Below are positions 40,329 to 55,707 of a stretch of DNA of 64,000 nt, in pieces. Numbering within the stretch: position 1 is the first letter of the stretch; each line of letters begins with the position of its first letter. The position numbers and the translations under genes are program-made. The notes under the pieces were generated by a model. The model made no database searches. It saw only the letters and a program-made list of their open reading frames with translations, and was not told the origin of the DNA. This stretch comes from Neocallimastix sp. 'constans' (Eukaryota), in NCBI GenBank assembly GCA_050613775.1, contig JBODTK010000129.1:310001-374000 (forward strand). The letters run 5' to 3'.

Positions 40329-43300
40329 TTTTTTATATTAATTGGGAATTTTTTATCTTTAATTTTAATTAACATACAATGAAAATAACCGTGAAATAAT
40401 ATATTAATTAATATAATCTACTATATATAAAACATATATTATTATATTATCTTTAAATCTTGGGAATAATTAATAATAATTTTTTAAATATAAAAAAAAA
40501 AAAAAGATATAATTAAATTTTTATGGTAAAGTATCATATAGGAATATCTCAATTTCATTGGTCCATTGTTCAGTTTTTTAAAAATAAAAATTAATTTAAA
40601 ATGAATTAATTGGTTAAAAAATATTATTATTTGTTATAAATTAATTAAAAAAATTTTTTTAAAAGATTTGATATATTTTGTAAAAATAAACTTTATTTTT
40701 TTTTTATTATTATTTTTATTTTTTTTTTTTTATTTTTTTTATCATTCATTACATACATATTTCTTTCTTTGACCATTTAATTATGAAATTGATATTTATT
40801 CTTTTTGTTATGAGGTTTTATTTTATTTTATTTTTTAGTTTTTTTTTTTTTTTTTTTTATTTTCCTATAATCAACCTATGAATTATTAAATCATAATATT
40901 GATTTTTTTTTTTATATATTTCATGTATAAATATTAATAATTAAATTATTAAATAGACACTTTGATTTAAAATCTATTTAAATTTTTTTACTAATTTAAT
41001 AATAACGAATAATTTTTGAGAATATACGAATGTCTTTCCAGTAGTAATAATAAATTATTATCTTTATTATTAGTTGCTAAGCATTATGTATTATTAATTT
41101 TTTCATTTATAATTTACTGTTTATTTATTTTCGCACATTTTTACTTTTCTTATTGTTTTCTATTTCATCTTTTTTTCATATGTGTCTCCCATAAAGAAAT
41201 ATATTCTTTTTTTTTTTTTTTTTTAATATTAGTTAAATATTATTTTATTTCTATTTATTATTCCACCATTAGTATTATTGATATATTATAATTAATTTAT
41301 TTTTCAATTCAAAGACTAATTTATAAAAGTGTACCCATCTTAAAAACGAATAACAATGATAATTCTGAGAAAATAAACACATTTGATTTGATAAAGATTT
41401 ACATTTATTTTATATTTTATGAATTTTATTTTATTATTTTAACAATTTTCATTTTCAATAACTTAATTACTTTATTTTTACTTTTTTTTTTTTACATAAA
41501 TTTAATTATATCAGATTATTAGATAAAATTCTATTCATATCATATATATTTCAGTTAAATAATAAATGTTATTTTTACATTAATAATATTTTAATATAAA
41601 ATTGACATAGGTTATCATGTATTATAACAATAACAATATCCATATATTATATTTTATATTTCTAACAAAAATAATGACTTCAACAATATTATACATACAT
41701 ATACTCTTTTTTTTTTTTTTTTAATTATTATTATCATTATATATGTTAATTCTACATCTGACTTTTTTAAACTTTTATTATATTTAATAAATAATATAAA
41801 AATAGTCCAATTATTGCTTCTTTCTAATATCATTTCTTCATTATTATTAATTTATATGTATAATAAGCAATTTTATATTCAACCCTTTTTTTTTAATAAA
41901 AAAATAAAAATACTAATAAAAAATATACTAATTACTAATTAAATAAATATTAGTATTATCTCATTTATAAGTTAATAACTACCTTAATAAAATGTATAAT
42001 ATAATTAGAAAAAAAAAGTTTTCCAATTACTAAAAAGTTTTATTTTATTAATATGTTTAAAACAAAAATATATCAATAGATTTTAAGAAAAAAAGATGTT
42101 CATATAAATTTAATTAAAAAAAAAAAAGTGTCAATAAATTTTATTAATTATTTCAATTTCTAATTACAATAATAAGATATTATTCAAAATTTTAAAAAAA
42201 AAAATGTAATGTAATTTGTTTATCTTTTTTTTTTTTTTTTTTAATTTTTTACTTTTTTTATCCTAATTAATTATTTTTTTTTTTTTTTTTAATAAAAAAA
42301 TATCTACATAATAATAATAATAATAATAATAAACAATACTAATATATTGTTTAAAAAAATTTTTTTTAAAAAAAAAATGTTCTTTTAATTTTTATAACTA
42401 ATATTATTATTAAATTATTTTATTTTGAAACTCATATTTTTTAAATTAATATGGTAATAATTAAAAATTTTAATTTTATATATTAAAAATAATTAAATTA
42501 ATATCTTCATTATCTTTATTACTCTTTAAAGAATCATCCATTTTTTTCAAAATATAAATAATATATATATATATTAAAAAAAAAAAAAAAAAAAAAGGAA
42601 AAATTATTAAATTTTATAATATATATATATATATTAATATTTAATAATAAATAAGTGGATATATATTGAGCGTATATTAAATAGTAAAAAGAAATGAAAT
42701 GAGAAATTTACACTTTAATAAAAATAAATATAAATTTCAATATTAATAATTATAGTATAATTTTTTTTATAAATATATTTATATATTTAATTATAAATAT
42801 AAATATTTAAAATAAAATAAAAAAGATAATAAATGACATTGATACTTTTATATAATAACCAAAATAACCAAAATAATATATTAATTAGAAATAAAAAAAT
42901 TTTTTTTGTTATAATGTTTAAAAAAAAATCGTCACAAATGATTTATATATATATTTTTTTATATATTTTATCTTTAATTATTTTTATTCTAAAACCTTAA
43001 AACAGAATTGTATTTCATAAATAAATTAATAAGCATAATATAATTATTTTAAAAATTATTTTGAATAATAAATGACGTAATAATATTATGTTTGCAATTA
43101 TATAATTAAAACATGAGTTAAATATTTAAATAATTATAACCTCACGAAATAAAAAATATACATAATTTATATAATAACATTTGTATCAACAGTTAGAAAG
43201 AAAGTACCATCTTTAAAGTCTATTTTAAAAAATAATAATAGCAATAATAAAAATTAAAATTTTAAAAATAAAAAATAAAATAAAAAATAAAAAAATTTAA

Positions 43301-43854
43301 TTTAAAAATAAATTTAATTTTCTTATTTTATTTCTTAAATTAAAAATTTTTAAAATTAAAATTATATTTTTATTTTTTATTTAATTAAATAAAAATGGTT
43401 TAATATTGTTATTAATTGTATTTATTGAATAAAAGAAAATTAAAAATTTTTATTAATAAATAAAAATAAATTTATAAAACACTAAAAAAAAAAAAAAAAA
43501 AAACTATTCCAAAGATTTTCATTTACATTTACATATTAAATATATTAAATTTTTAACTTCTTTTAATATCATTCTATTCACTTGATATTTCTAATATGTT
43601 AATGTTATTTTTAATATGCTATTCACTTAACCTTAATTTTTATTTTTAATAAATTATTATCATGAAGCATTTATATAAATTTTACTTTTTTTTTTTTTTT
43701 TCTTATTTTTTAATATAAAATATTATTATTGTTTGGATGATCATGGTCATCTATAATTTTTCATTTCCATTTTATTTACTTCTAATTTTAATAATTAATT
43801 TAATTTTTACTCATAATATGTTAAATAAATAAATATATATAAATATAAATAAAT

Positions 43855-43965
43855 AATAAATATAAATTAATAATAAATATAAATTAATAATAAATATAAA
43901 TTAATAAATAAATATAAATTAATAATAAATATAAATTAATAATAAATATAAATTAATAATAAATA
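43855..43965. repeat. 17-bp AT-only tandem repeat (AATAATAAATATAAATT)n
   Basis: Directly visible. Confidence 0.75.
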
Positions 43966-44919
43966 AACAGAATTAAATAAATAAATAGAATAAACCATTT
44001 TTCTTCTTTATGATTTGTCAATATTTGTATATCGTATACATATAGACATACATTAATTTCAACATTTCTTTTCATTCAAATTGTAATTTAATAAACTTTA
44101 TTTATTATAAACCCATGACATTTATATTATGACTAATTATATCATGAATAATTCTTTATATTATTTTAATTATTAATATTGCAATATTATTACAAACTGT
44201 TTAATTTTATATAAACATTACTTATTTTTGATTATTATTTATATTATGATAATGATGATGATGATTTTGAATAGAAATTATTCATTTATTTTGTATTATT
44301 TATATTTAATGTTTTTCCTATTATATTATTAAAATTATTTTATTATACTATTTATTTATATATATTATTTATTATTAATAATAACAAAAATTATAATATT
44401 AAAAAAAAAGTAAAAATTGTTATAATTATTATTATTATTACTCTATATATTTATCAAAATTCCATCTTTTAATATAAAAATTTTTAAAATTTTTTTATAT
44501 TAAAAATTTGAACATAAAACATAACCCTTTAATTTAGATAATCAAATATTTATTCTAGACTTTTAAAAAAAAATTAACAGACACTTTAATTAAAATAAAA
44601 ATAAATTAAAAATAGAAAAAATAGGACAAAAATATAGGAGAAGGTTAAACTTTTTCTTTTTGTTTTTAATACCATAGAATACTATATAATACTATTTATA
44701 ATAAATATTTCATATATCCATTTTATTAATTATATTAATAAGAAAATTATTTCTTAATGATATTCATTTTATTAACTCAATTAAATAAAAGGATTATTAA
44801 TAATATTCATATTCATATATATTTATATTATATAATGATGTCATAAAAAAAATTAAAAAGATATAAAAATTAAAAAAATATAAAAATAAAAATTAATTAG
44901 AAATAAAAATTAAAACGAG

Positions 44920-44961
<42 letters not shown>

Positions 44962-47900
44962 AATTAACAATATTTCTACTAGCAAAAACTATTTAAATAA
45001 TATAAATAATAAACTAAATTTAATTTTTATTTATTATATATAAATATATTTATAAAAATAAAAAATTAAAATTAATATATTTTAAATATTGATTAATTTT
45101 TTTTTTAATATTAATTTTAATTTTTTATTTTTATACGGAACTCTTTTATAAAAAAAAATTTTACTAAATGAAATCGATACTCATCAAAAAGATATTAATT
45201 TTTTTTTTTTAAGGGATTAAATGAAATAGAATGTTTATTTCATGGTTTTATTTAAGGAAGAAATAACAAAAAAAAATAAAAATAAAAATAAAGATTACCA
45301 CTATAATAATACTCAATCTTTTTATATATATGATATATGATATATATTCAACTTTAAATTAGATATAAATTAGATTTATTAATATTTATTTTATAATTAT
45401 AATTAATAATAAAATTAAAATATAATAAAATAAAATTCAAAAAATAAGTTTGCTATTTCTATTTCATTTTTTTTATTTTTATTTCATTTTATTTTAATTA
45501 ATATGAAACATTATTTGAATATTTTTATGGATGAAAAAAAAAAAAATAAAAAATAAAATAAACTTTTTTTTTTTTAAAAAAAAAAAAAAAAACTTTATCT
45601 AAAAGAAAAATGATACTATGCTGAAATATTTTGAGTTAATTTATGTATGATTGTAAGTTAATATATCCATATATAAATAGGATACTAAAACGATAGAGCA
45701 ATTGTCTTTTCACCAAATGTTTAATTTATTAGATTAAAGCATTTTTTTTTTTATTTTTTTTTTTTTTATTTTTTTGTCTTTTCAATGCTAATTTATTAGA
45801 TTAAAGCTTTTTTTTTTTTTTTTTGAAGTATTAAGATAATAAATATAGAAATAATAATAATAAAAATAAATAAAGATTGTTAGTTATAATAGTAATAATA
45901 ATAATAAATAATAATAAATAATGAGTAATAATAAATAATAATATAAATTGTTTTATAAATTAATTTTAAATAAAACCCATTTGTTGATTAGCTTTTTTTT
46001 TTTTTTTTTAAGATAATAAGACTATATTTAGGTGTTTTAATTATTAACTAATTACGTATATGATTAATACAATACAATAACCTTGAAACAAATGCCAAAG
46101 ATCGATCTAAATGTTGTATTTTTATCCTAAATTTTATATATTTATTGATTATAAATTTTTTTTTTTATTTATTTTTTTAATAAATTAGTAAATAAATTAG
46201 TAAATAAATAAATAAATAAATAAATTAGTAAAAATAAATTAAAAAAATATTGGATATTTAATACATTAAAGTTTAATATATTATAATCTAATACAAAATA
46301 AACTTTTAAGATAAATTATTTTATTGATTTATTTAAAATACCTTTAAATTTAAAGTTACAAATAATATATTAAAGTTTTTTTTATCTATGAGATCAATCA
46401 TGTGATTACATTATTTAATGTATTTAGTGAATAGGAGAACTTTAAAAATAAAAAAAAAATTTTTGACATTATCTTGTTTGTTTAGGCCTATAGGAATTGA
46501 TTGTTTTAAGGACAATTTAAATCAAGCACAAAGTTTAACATAAAAAGAGTTGAGCCCATTTTTTATAAGATAGAGTTTATTATAATTGTATACATTCATT
46601 TAGTAAACAAAGTTAGGCTTATAAAATTTTATTGATTAAAAAAAAAAAGGTGATTTTGAAAATACAATGATCAAAGTTATTATTATTATTATTATTATTT
46701 TATTTTTTTAAAAAAAAAATATGAATTAAATATTATTTTTTATTATCGTTTTATTTTATATTATTTATTTATTTATTTTTTTTTATTTTAAAAATTGACT
46801 TCTTATATAGTTTATTTACAAATTTACAATAAAAATAATCAATAAAAATCTAACAATAATCATGATAAAAATCATAATAATCATAATAATCATAATAATA
46901 ATAATAATAATTTTTTTTTAATAATTAAAAAGGTTAAACTTTTTTTTTTTCATAAATAAAACGTACGTTTAAGAATTTTCATGAAATGTAATTAATTAGT
47001 GATTTCTTTTTAATTACTAAAATTTAAGGTTTTTTTTTTTTTTAATATGATTATAATATATTTTCTTTTATTATAAAATACGTCAATAAAAGAAAATTTT
47101 TAAATATAAAATTTAAGGTTAATAATTTTTATGCTGATTTTAATAAAATGAGTAATTTTCTACTTAAATTAATATATTTTTTAAAAAGATTAAAAAATAC
47201 ATACGTATATAAATTTATAATTTTATAAATAAAAGTTATATTTTATATTAATAATAATTAATAATAATAATTAAATATTTACTACTTAATATTAAATCTT
47301 TTCTTTTTTTCTTTTTTTTTTTTTTGTTTTGTGAATACCACAAAATTATGAAACTTTTTATGTGTAACATTAATATATGTATATACAACTTATGTATTTT
47401 ATATTGAATAAAGTTTTTAGTGTTATGTATTAATAAAATATTTTGTATATAAACTTTTAATTAACTTTATCTATATATTAATATATACATATATATATGT
47501 ATATATTATATCAATAAATTTATTTGTAAATGTTGTTTTCTTTGATCTAAAAGGATAAATATATATGTAAATAATTAAATATAAAATAAAAATTAAATAA
47601 ATAATTAATAACTATCTATATGTAGATAAATAATTAACTATGTAAAATAAAAAATCAAATAAATTATTAAATATATAAAATAAAAAATCAAATAATTAAT
47701 AATTATATATAGGTATAAAGGACATTCTTTTAATAATAAGAAAATATTATATGAACTAAAAATTTAAAGATATGAGTTTCTTTTTGTTAATACATATAAT
47801 CTTTAAGAAACTATGGTTACTTTTATCACTTTTATTGATATTTATTGATTCTATAATATTAAAATTATTCTATTTGTTTTCTTCCCCACTTCAGAACATT

Positions 47901-48049
47901 TTTTAAAATAATCCTACCATTTATATTACTATAATAGAATTTATAAGATTTAATCAATAATTTTTTTTTTTTTTTTAATAAAATGATTTAATCTACATAT
48001 TTTTAATTAAAAAAAAATAAAATTTTTTTTTATTTAAAGTAATTTTAAA

Positions 48050-48090
<41 letters not shown>

Positions 48091-48164
48091 TTACTCATTT
48101 AATTAAATTAAATCAAATTAAAATCTTTATCCTTTTTAAATTAAAAATGTGTATTTTGATGTTG

Positions 48165-48401
48165 ATTGTTATTTATTTATTTATTGTTATTTACTGTTTT
48201 TTATTTATTTATTTATTTATTTATTGTTATTTACTGTTATTTATTTATTTATATATTGTTATTTACTATTATTTATTTATTTATTTATTTATTGTTATTT
48301 ACTATTATTTATTTATTTATTTATTGTTATTTACTGTTATTTATTTATTTATTTATTTATTGTTATTTATTTATTTATTTATTTATTTATTGTTATTTAC
48401 T

Positions 48402-48433
<32 letters not shown>

Positions 48434-48530
48434 TTGTTATTTACTATTATTTATTTATTTATTTATTTATTGTTATTTACTGTTATTTATTTATTTATTT
48501 ATTTATTGTTATTTATGTTATTTATTTATT
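48165..48530. repeat. Compound (TTTA)n / TTGTTATTTAC low-complexity repeat
   Basis: Directly visible; yields spurious ORFs in all three plus frames. Confidence 0.85.
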
Positions 48531-50031
48531 AATATACATAAAAAATTTATGGGATATAAAAAAAAGTAATCCTATTTATTTAAAATACTTTACTTTTAAT
48601 TTAATATTCCAAGTTGACTGATATTATTTCATTTTATATTATTTTATTTTTTTTCTTTTATTTCATAAGGAAACTATTGAAATATTATATAATTCAATAG
48701 ATATATATAATACAATAATAGAAAAACGAAAGCATACAAAAATTTATTATTATGTTAATATTAAAACAATTATTATAACTTTTATTAAAACTAACTTAAA
48801 TCAATATCTATATATCTATATCTAATATCTATATATATCTATATCTATATATATATATGTATATATAGTTTTTTTTTTTTTTTTCTCTTTAATTTTAGTT
48901 TTACTTTATAAAAACATATACAATCATGTCATATATATTTATATTAATTTAATAGATGACTGTTAATTTTTAATTAATCAAATATTAGTTGAAAAAGAAA
49001 CAAAAAAGTTAAATTATTATTATGTAATATTTAACATTAATAATTTAATAATACTTTAATATATTTCTTTTATTCTAGTAAAAAAAAAAAATTATATATT
49101 ATTTATGGCTTTTTTTGTAATAAAAGAAAATTGTATACAAAGATAATGTAAAATTTTATTTCAGATAAAGCAAATATCTTTATATTTATATTTAATATTT
49201 ACAATATTTATATATACATATACATATATATGTATATACTTTTTTTCTTATATATGAATAATTATAAATTATAAATTATAAATTATAAATTAATTATAGT
49301 TATTAGTTATTTTCATCATCATCAATTAATTTTATTAATATAAATATATTATACCATCATGAAAAGAAAATAATTAAATTTTCTTTTTAATTATAGAATA
49401 ATGTCTTTAATAAGATTTTTTTTTTAATAAAATATTATTTGATGTTAATTTTTCAAAAAAAAAAAAAAAATAATAATAATATGAGTAATTTTTTCTATTT
49501 TATCGATTATTATTATTATTCATTATTGATTATTATTATTATTTATTATTATTATTATTTATTATTATTTATTATTATTATTTATTATTATTTTATTTAA
49601 TTTTTTTTTTTTTTTATTTTAAAAAAAAAATAAAAATTTTCTTTTTCATTTTTGTAAATATCATAAAGTTATAAAACTATAAATTTATAACATTAATAGT
49701 TGTATATACAAACTATACTATTTTGTTTTGGTTATGCTTTGAAATGAATTTTTGTATATGTTAAAAAATTTTTTTTAAATATAATTTTTTTTTTTTTTTA
49801 AATTATATTTAATAGAAAGTAAAGTCAAAATCTATAGATAAAAGTCTATACATATATATTTTCATATAGACAAACATATATATTTATTGTACTAATTAGC
49901 ACATTAAATTAACAAATTAAGGATTTCCATAAACATATAGTAATTGATATAAATTAAAATTTAAAAATTTAAGATAAACCCATATCATAATCAAATGAAT
50001 AAAGAATCAAATTAACCAACCAACGAACAAA

Positions 50032-50063
<32 letters not shown>

Positions 50064-50471
50064 GTTTCTATGATTTTATAAAAAACTTTATTTTATAAAA
50101 AGAAAATGAATATAATTGAAAATTTCAAAGATCTTTTATATAAACATATATATATTAATTTTTATTATTATTTTGATATTCTTTAATTAGTTGAATGCTT
50201 TAATTATAAAAATCTCTCAAATCTAAATTCATGATTGTTTTTTTTTTATTTATTTATTTATTTATTTATCCCTTAATTATTAATTATTCCTATTTCATGT
50301 ACTATTTATTCAATATAAATCGATATTGTCCCTTAATATAGGTTCTATTTTTGTTATAAAAAATATATATTATCTTATGATATTCATTAAATTATGAATA
50401 CCATAATTTATAAGATTTTTTTTTTTCTTTCTTTTTTTTTAAAAAAAATAATTTCTATTTCTATTATTATA

Positions 50472-50774
<303 letters not shown>

Positions 50775-53774
50775 AAAATGAACAATTATGTAATTTAATT
50801 ATATTAATATTTTTTTTTAAAATAAACAATAATATATATTATTTTTTTTTATTAAAAAAAATATTAATAGAAAAAAATAGTTAGAAAAATTATAAAAAAA
50901 TAGAAATATTAATTTTTTGTTTTTAATTTAGGTAATTGTCCCCCATAATTTTCCTGGAACAAAATTTTTCTTTAATTTTATATATAAATATATTAAATAA
51001 ATAAAAATGTGATAAATATATTTATTTTTTTTTTTTTTTTCATATTAAAATTAAAAATAATTTGTTATAATCTCATTTATTTATTTATTTAATATTATTT
51101 TTTTTAAAGTACAAGGTCTACAAAATTTAAAGGTGGATAAAAAACATACTTAATGAAAAGATAATCAAAAAAAAAAAAAAAAAAACGATATAAAATTTAA
51201 ATGGGCTATTATTGGTTAAATAATCGATTATTATTCAATATGTATTATATATAAACATGTCTAAATTATTTCATTATATTATTTTTTTTTTTAATTAATT
51301 TGAAAAAAATAGTTAGTTACTATTTATAGAATTCTTCAATGAAAGAAAATAAAAATTTTTTTTTTTTTTAAATAACCTTCTACAAATATGAATTATTGTA
51401 TATATTAAGAATAAAAAAAAAAAAAGGCAAGAAATGCAATTAATTTGTATTAATTTATATTACTTACAATAATTCAATTTATTTATTTATTATTTATTTA
51501 TTTATTTATTTATTTTTAAATAATATTTTAGTCCATTATAATCACTTTTTTTTGGTTAGTATCTGAATTTTAAAATTTTTTAATCCTAATTATTATTATT
51601 AGTATTTTTTTAATACATATTACCTTATTATTTCTTTTCTTTAATCATCTTCTTTAATTATTAAATTATTAATAGAAAATATTTTCATTATTTATATAAA
51701 CTTTTTTTTTTTTTTTTTTTGTAACAAGACCTTGTAAATATAATATTATATGAATGGTTCAAAATAATTAGGTTTGAAATCGTTGTTAGTAATTTTTTTT
51801 TTCTTCATATATATATATATGTTTTTTTTTTTTTTTTTTTTTTTTTTTTGGCACATTTAATATTTTATAGTAATAATATTAATATTACGACTAAAAATAT
51901 AAATGAATGAGTCATATTATTATTATTTTAATATTACTTCTATTTAATATAATGTTGCAACTGTTATTGCTATTGTTATCCATTAGTTATTAATTAGAAT
52001 TATATAAAAATTATAAAATATTTAAGTATTTTTTTTTTATTTATTCATTTATTTATTTATTTTTTAATGATATGGATATATATATATATATAAAATGAAA
52101 TAATATAAATAATTTATATAGTTTTAATTATTATATATATTTTCCATATATATATTCACAACATTCCTATCTGTGTTATTCCTGTATACTCCATTGTCCT
52201 TCATTTTGTAATAGTGCAATGTTGATGCATATTGCACTATACAGCTTATATATACACGCATGTCATGCATTCACAGCAATCATATACTGCGTGTATTCAC
52301 AGCTGCTCATGCATTCATGTATATCATCATCATATATTTTTTATATTTAATAATTTTCAATCAGATAGTAATTTAATTATTCTTTTTTTTTTATATGTAT
52401 CAAATAAGTAAAAAAAAAAAAAATTTTTTTTTTTTTTAAATTATTTTAAGAGAGGTTTAATGAATATCATTACACTTTTTTTTTTTTTATTTATCGATCT
52501 TAAATCTATAAATGAGAAAATTATTTGTTTTTTCTTTTTTGTTTATTTATTTATTTTTTTTTTTATCTTTTTTTTTTTTTTTAATTTTTATTTTAATTTT
52601 ATTTTACTAAGTAATTCTTGAGAGAAAATGATTTTTAACAATCATTAATTAAACTTAGTTTATCATTCAATATATTTTTTTTTTTAATTTAAATATTTAT
52701 TTTAAAATTTTAATAATATATTATTATATTTTATTAATTATAACTATTTATCAACTGTTTATTATTCTTTATTTAATAAATAAATTTAAAAATTGTTAAT
52801 AAAAAATTACTGCAAAAAAAAAAAAAAAGACTAAAAAATTATGAAATAATTACTAAGAATTTTTTTTCACCTCTAATTGATATATTATTAAACTTTTTTT
52901 TTTTTTTAGTTTCTAGTGTATTTCTTATAATATCGATTTACTATTTATATGTATTATTTTTAATAAATGATTTGTTTTATTATTATTATTATTATTTTTT
53001 TTTTTTTTTTTTTTTTTTTCATAAATTAAAAAAAGAAAATTTACTTTTTAATATTTTAATACTTGATTATTTAATTAAGCAAATTATGTATTAAATTAAT
53101 TTACTATAAGTACATTTGAATTATATAAAATATATGAAAATAAAAAAAAATGAATAAAAGAAATGAAAATATAATTGAAATAAATTACAAAAAAAAAAAA
53201 AGGATTATATAAATGAATGATATCTATTAAAATCTTTTACTTTTATTTTTATTTTTATTTTTTTATCAATTATTCATAATAAAAAATAAAATATAAAGAA
53301 ATAATACTATTCGAAAGTAAAAAAAAAAAAAAAAAAATATAAAGTTCAGTTTAACTGAACGTTCTCTTTTTCTATCTCTTTCTTTCTTTCTCTCTCTCTC
53401 TTAAAAAAAAAAATTATTAGTCATAAGATTCAAAAAATTAAATTTTGATTTTTTTTTTTTTTGTTTTTTAGTAATGAATAAGAAAAACCGGTGGTAAACC
53501 CTCCTTTGTTTTTTTTATAAATATTTTGATAGAAAAAAAAATTTTTTTTTTTTTTTAATTTTATATATATATATATAATATATATATGAAGTTTAGCTTT
53601 AACTATTTTGATATATCGCATTATTACTATTATTATTATTATTTTTTTTTAATAAATTAAAGAAATATTAGAACAACGATAGATGCTGTGGTGTGTATAT
53701 CATTATCTAGTCAATATATATGTGGGTTAGGTTATTAAATAGGGTTAGATTATTAACAAAGGAGCATAGATAAC

Positions 53775-54053
53775 GGGGGGAGAGTTGCATTTCCCCAAAT
53801 TGCATTTCGCCAGGTTGTATTTTGACAAGTGGCGTAGTATTAAAATGTTGCATTTCCCCAAGTTGCATTTCGACAAGTAGAGTATTGATATAAATAAATG
53901 AATAAATAAATAAATATTAATTCAAAATAACTTTTTTTTTTAAAATTGTTTTTATGCGATAGTAATGATAATTAATTTTATTTATTGATTTATTTATTTA
54001 TTTAATGATTTTCAAATTTGGCGAATTGCAACTTGGCGAAATGCACCACACCC
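53775..54053. mobile_element. Mutator (MULE)-type MITE, 279 bp, 9-bp TSD
   Basis: ATAGATAAC at 53766-53774 and 54054-54062. Ends GGG...CCC. Imperfect TIRs are built from 15-bp units GTTGCATTTCSSCAA (left) and TTGGCGAA(A/T)TGCA (right). Confidence 0.85.
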
Positions 54054-54723
54054 ATAGATAACATTAACCTAAAATTTTATAAGTGTAAAAAAAAAAAAAA
54101 AAAAAAAAGATTTTTCTCAATATTGAAGTGAAAAGTATGTTCGATTGGGATAATTCAAAAAAAAGTATTGTCAAAAATGAACATAAAAAATGATTTTTTT
54201 TTTTTTTTTTTTTTTATCATAGATACAAGGGATTATCCTTTATCATAAAACCGTCAAAATTGAAATTATTATTGTTATTATTTTTTTTTTTTTATCATAG
54301 ATACATGGGATTATTATCCTTTATCATAATACTGTCAAGATTTGAATTAATTTTTTTTTTAATAAGTTTTATTTATTTCTGGTGTAATGGATTTTTTTTT
54401 TTTTTTTTTTATCCTCATATCAATATTTTGTAAATTGGAATCAAAAATGTAAAAATTTTATTGAAAAAAAAAAAAAAAGTTTTTATAATAATATATGAAT
54501 GTGAGATAATCAAAAAATTTTTTTTTCTTTCTTTCTTTGCTTTTCCTTTTTTCTTTTTTTCCTTTTTTCCTTTTTTCCTTTTTTTCTTTCTTTCTTTCTT
54601 GTTTTTTTTTTTCTTTGTCAGTAATTTTTATTAACATTCTTAGATTCGTTACTAAATAAAGATTTAATGATAATTATTTAAAAATCATTTCTCTTATGAT
54701 AGATTACTTAATAAAATAAATAT

Positions 54724-54988
54724 AAAAATAAAAAATAAAAATAAAAATAAAAATAAAAATAAAAATAAAAATAAAAATAAAAATAAAAATAAAAATAAAA
54801 ATAAAAATAAAAATAAAAATAAAAATAAAAATAAAAATAAAAATAAAAATAAAAATAAAAATAAAAATAAAAATAAAAATAAAAATAAAAATAAAAATAA
54901 AAATAAAAATAAAAATAAAAATAAAAATAAAAATAAAAATAAAAATAAAAATAAAAATAAAAATAAAAATAAAAATAAAAATAAAAAA
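54724..54988. repeat. (AAAAAT)n microsatellite
   Basis: Directly visible. Confidence 0.95.
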
Positions 54989-55059
54989 ATAATCTTCTAA
55001 TTTATAGATTTAAGATCTAGAAATAAGAAGTGCATGATATTCATTAAAATTTCTGCTTG

Positions 55060-55390
55060 AATCGAAAAAATTAATTTAGATACACCTAATGAGTACTCAT
55101 CTACCATAACAGATATAATTGTTTAAGTGTGATATATTGGTATACTAGTACAGCATCGCCCCTTCGCACGTTGTTACACATTTCTGCCTGGGGCTGTATT
55201 CCTTAACATTCCTACCTATATTTCCATTGACCATGAGCATCGGAATAGGAACCATTCACCCCTCCAGTGGCTGTAATCATTGACGTGTGGACATATTATC
55301 ATCAGTGCCTATGATTAAGTCGTAGCGTAGTATCACAGGGGCTGGTTCCAATAGGCTGCCAAGGGAAAGCCTTTTTGGATACCACCACGG
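55060..55390 (-). mobile_element. Second, diverged copy of the GC-rich SINE-like element
   Basis: Colinear blocks shared with 24093-24417: ATTGG.ATACT, CAGC.TCGCC, GTTACACA, TTCCTACCT, TGACCA.GAGCATC.GAA, AGTGG.TGTAATCATTG.CG, AGCGTAGTATCA, AGGGAAAGCCTT, terminal CACG. No clear TSD. Confidence 0.75.
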
Positions 55391-55707
55391 TAGTTTTATG
55401 ATACCCCAAGGATAGTTTGAATGGAGAGAGTTTATTATCAGATGATTTTAAAAAATAATTTTTTTTTTTATTTATTTGATGTATAAAAAAAGAATTATAT
55501 CTATCTAATTAAAAATTCTTAAATCGATTATCATATATATATGGTTAATATATGAATAATAGTTAAAAATTATATTAATTATTTTATGTCATTTCATTTT
55601 TTATTTTATATCATTAAAAAATAAATATATAAATAAATAAATAAATAAAAAAAAAACTTTTATTTTATAAATGGTTTTTTTATGAATATAATATATATAT
55701 AAATATA

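Noticed and set aside
48147..48621. Three overlapping hydrophobic ORFs (similarly 34589-34831 and 41016-41291)
   Set aside because: Stop-free frames of (TTTA)n-type low-complexity DNA with no coding signature.
53343..53361. GTTCAGTT-T-AACTGAAC palindrome as a Helitron 3' hairpin
   Set aside because: No CTRR terminus at the expected distance and no second copy in the window.
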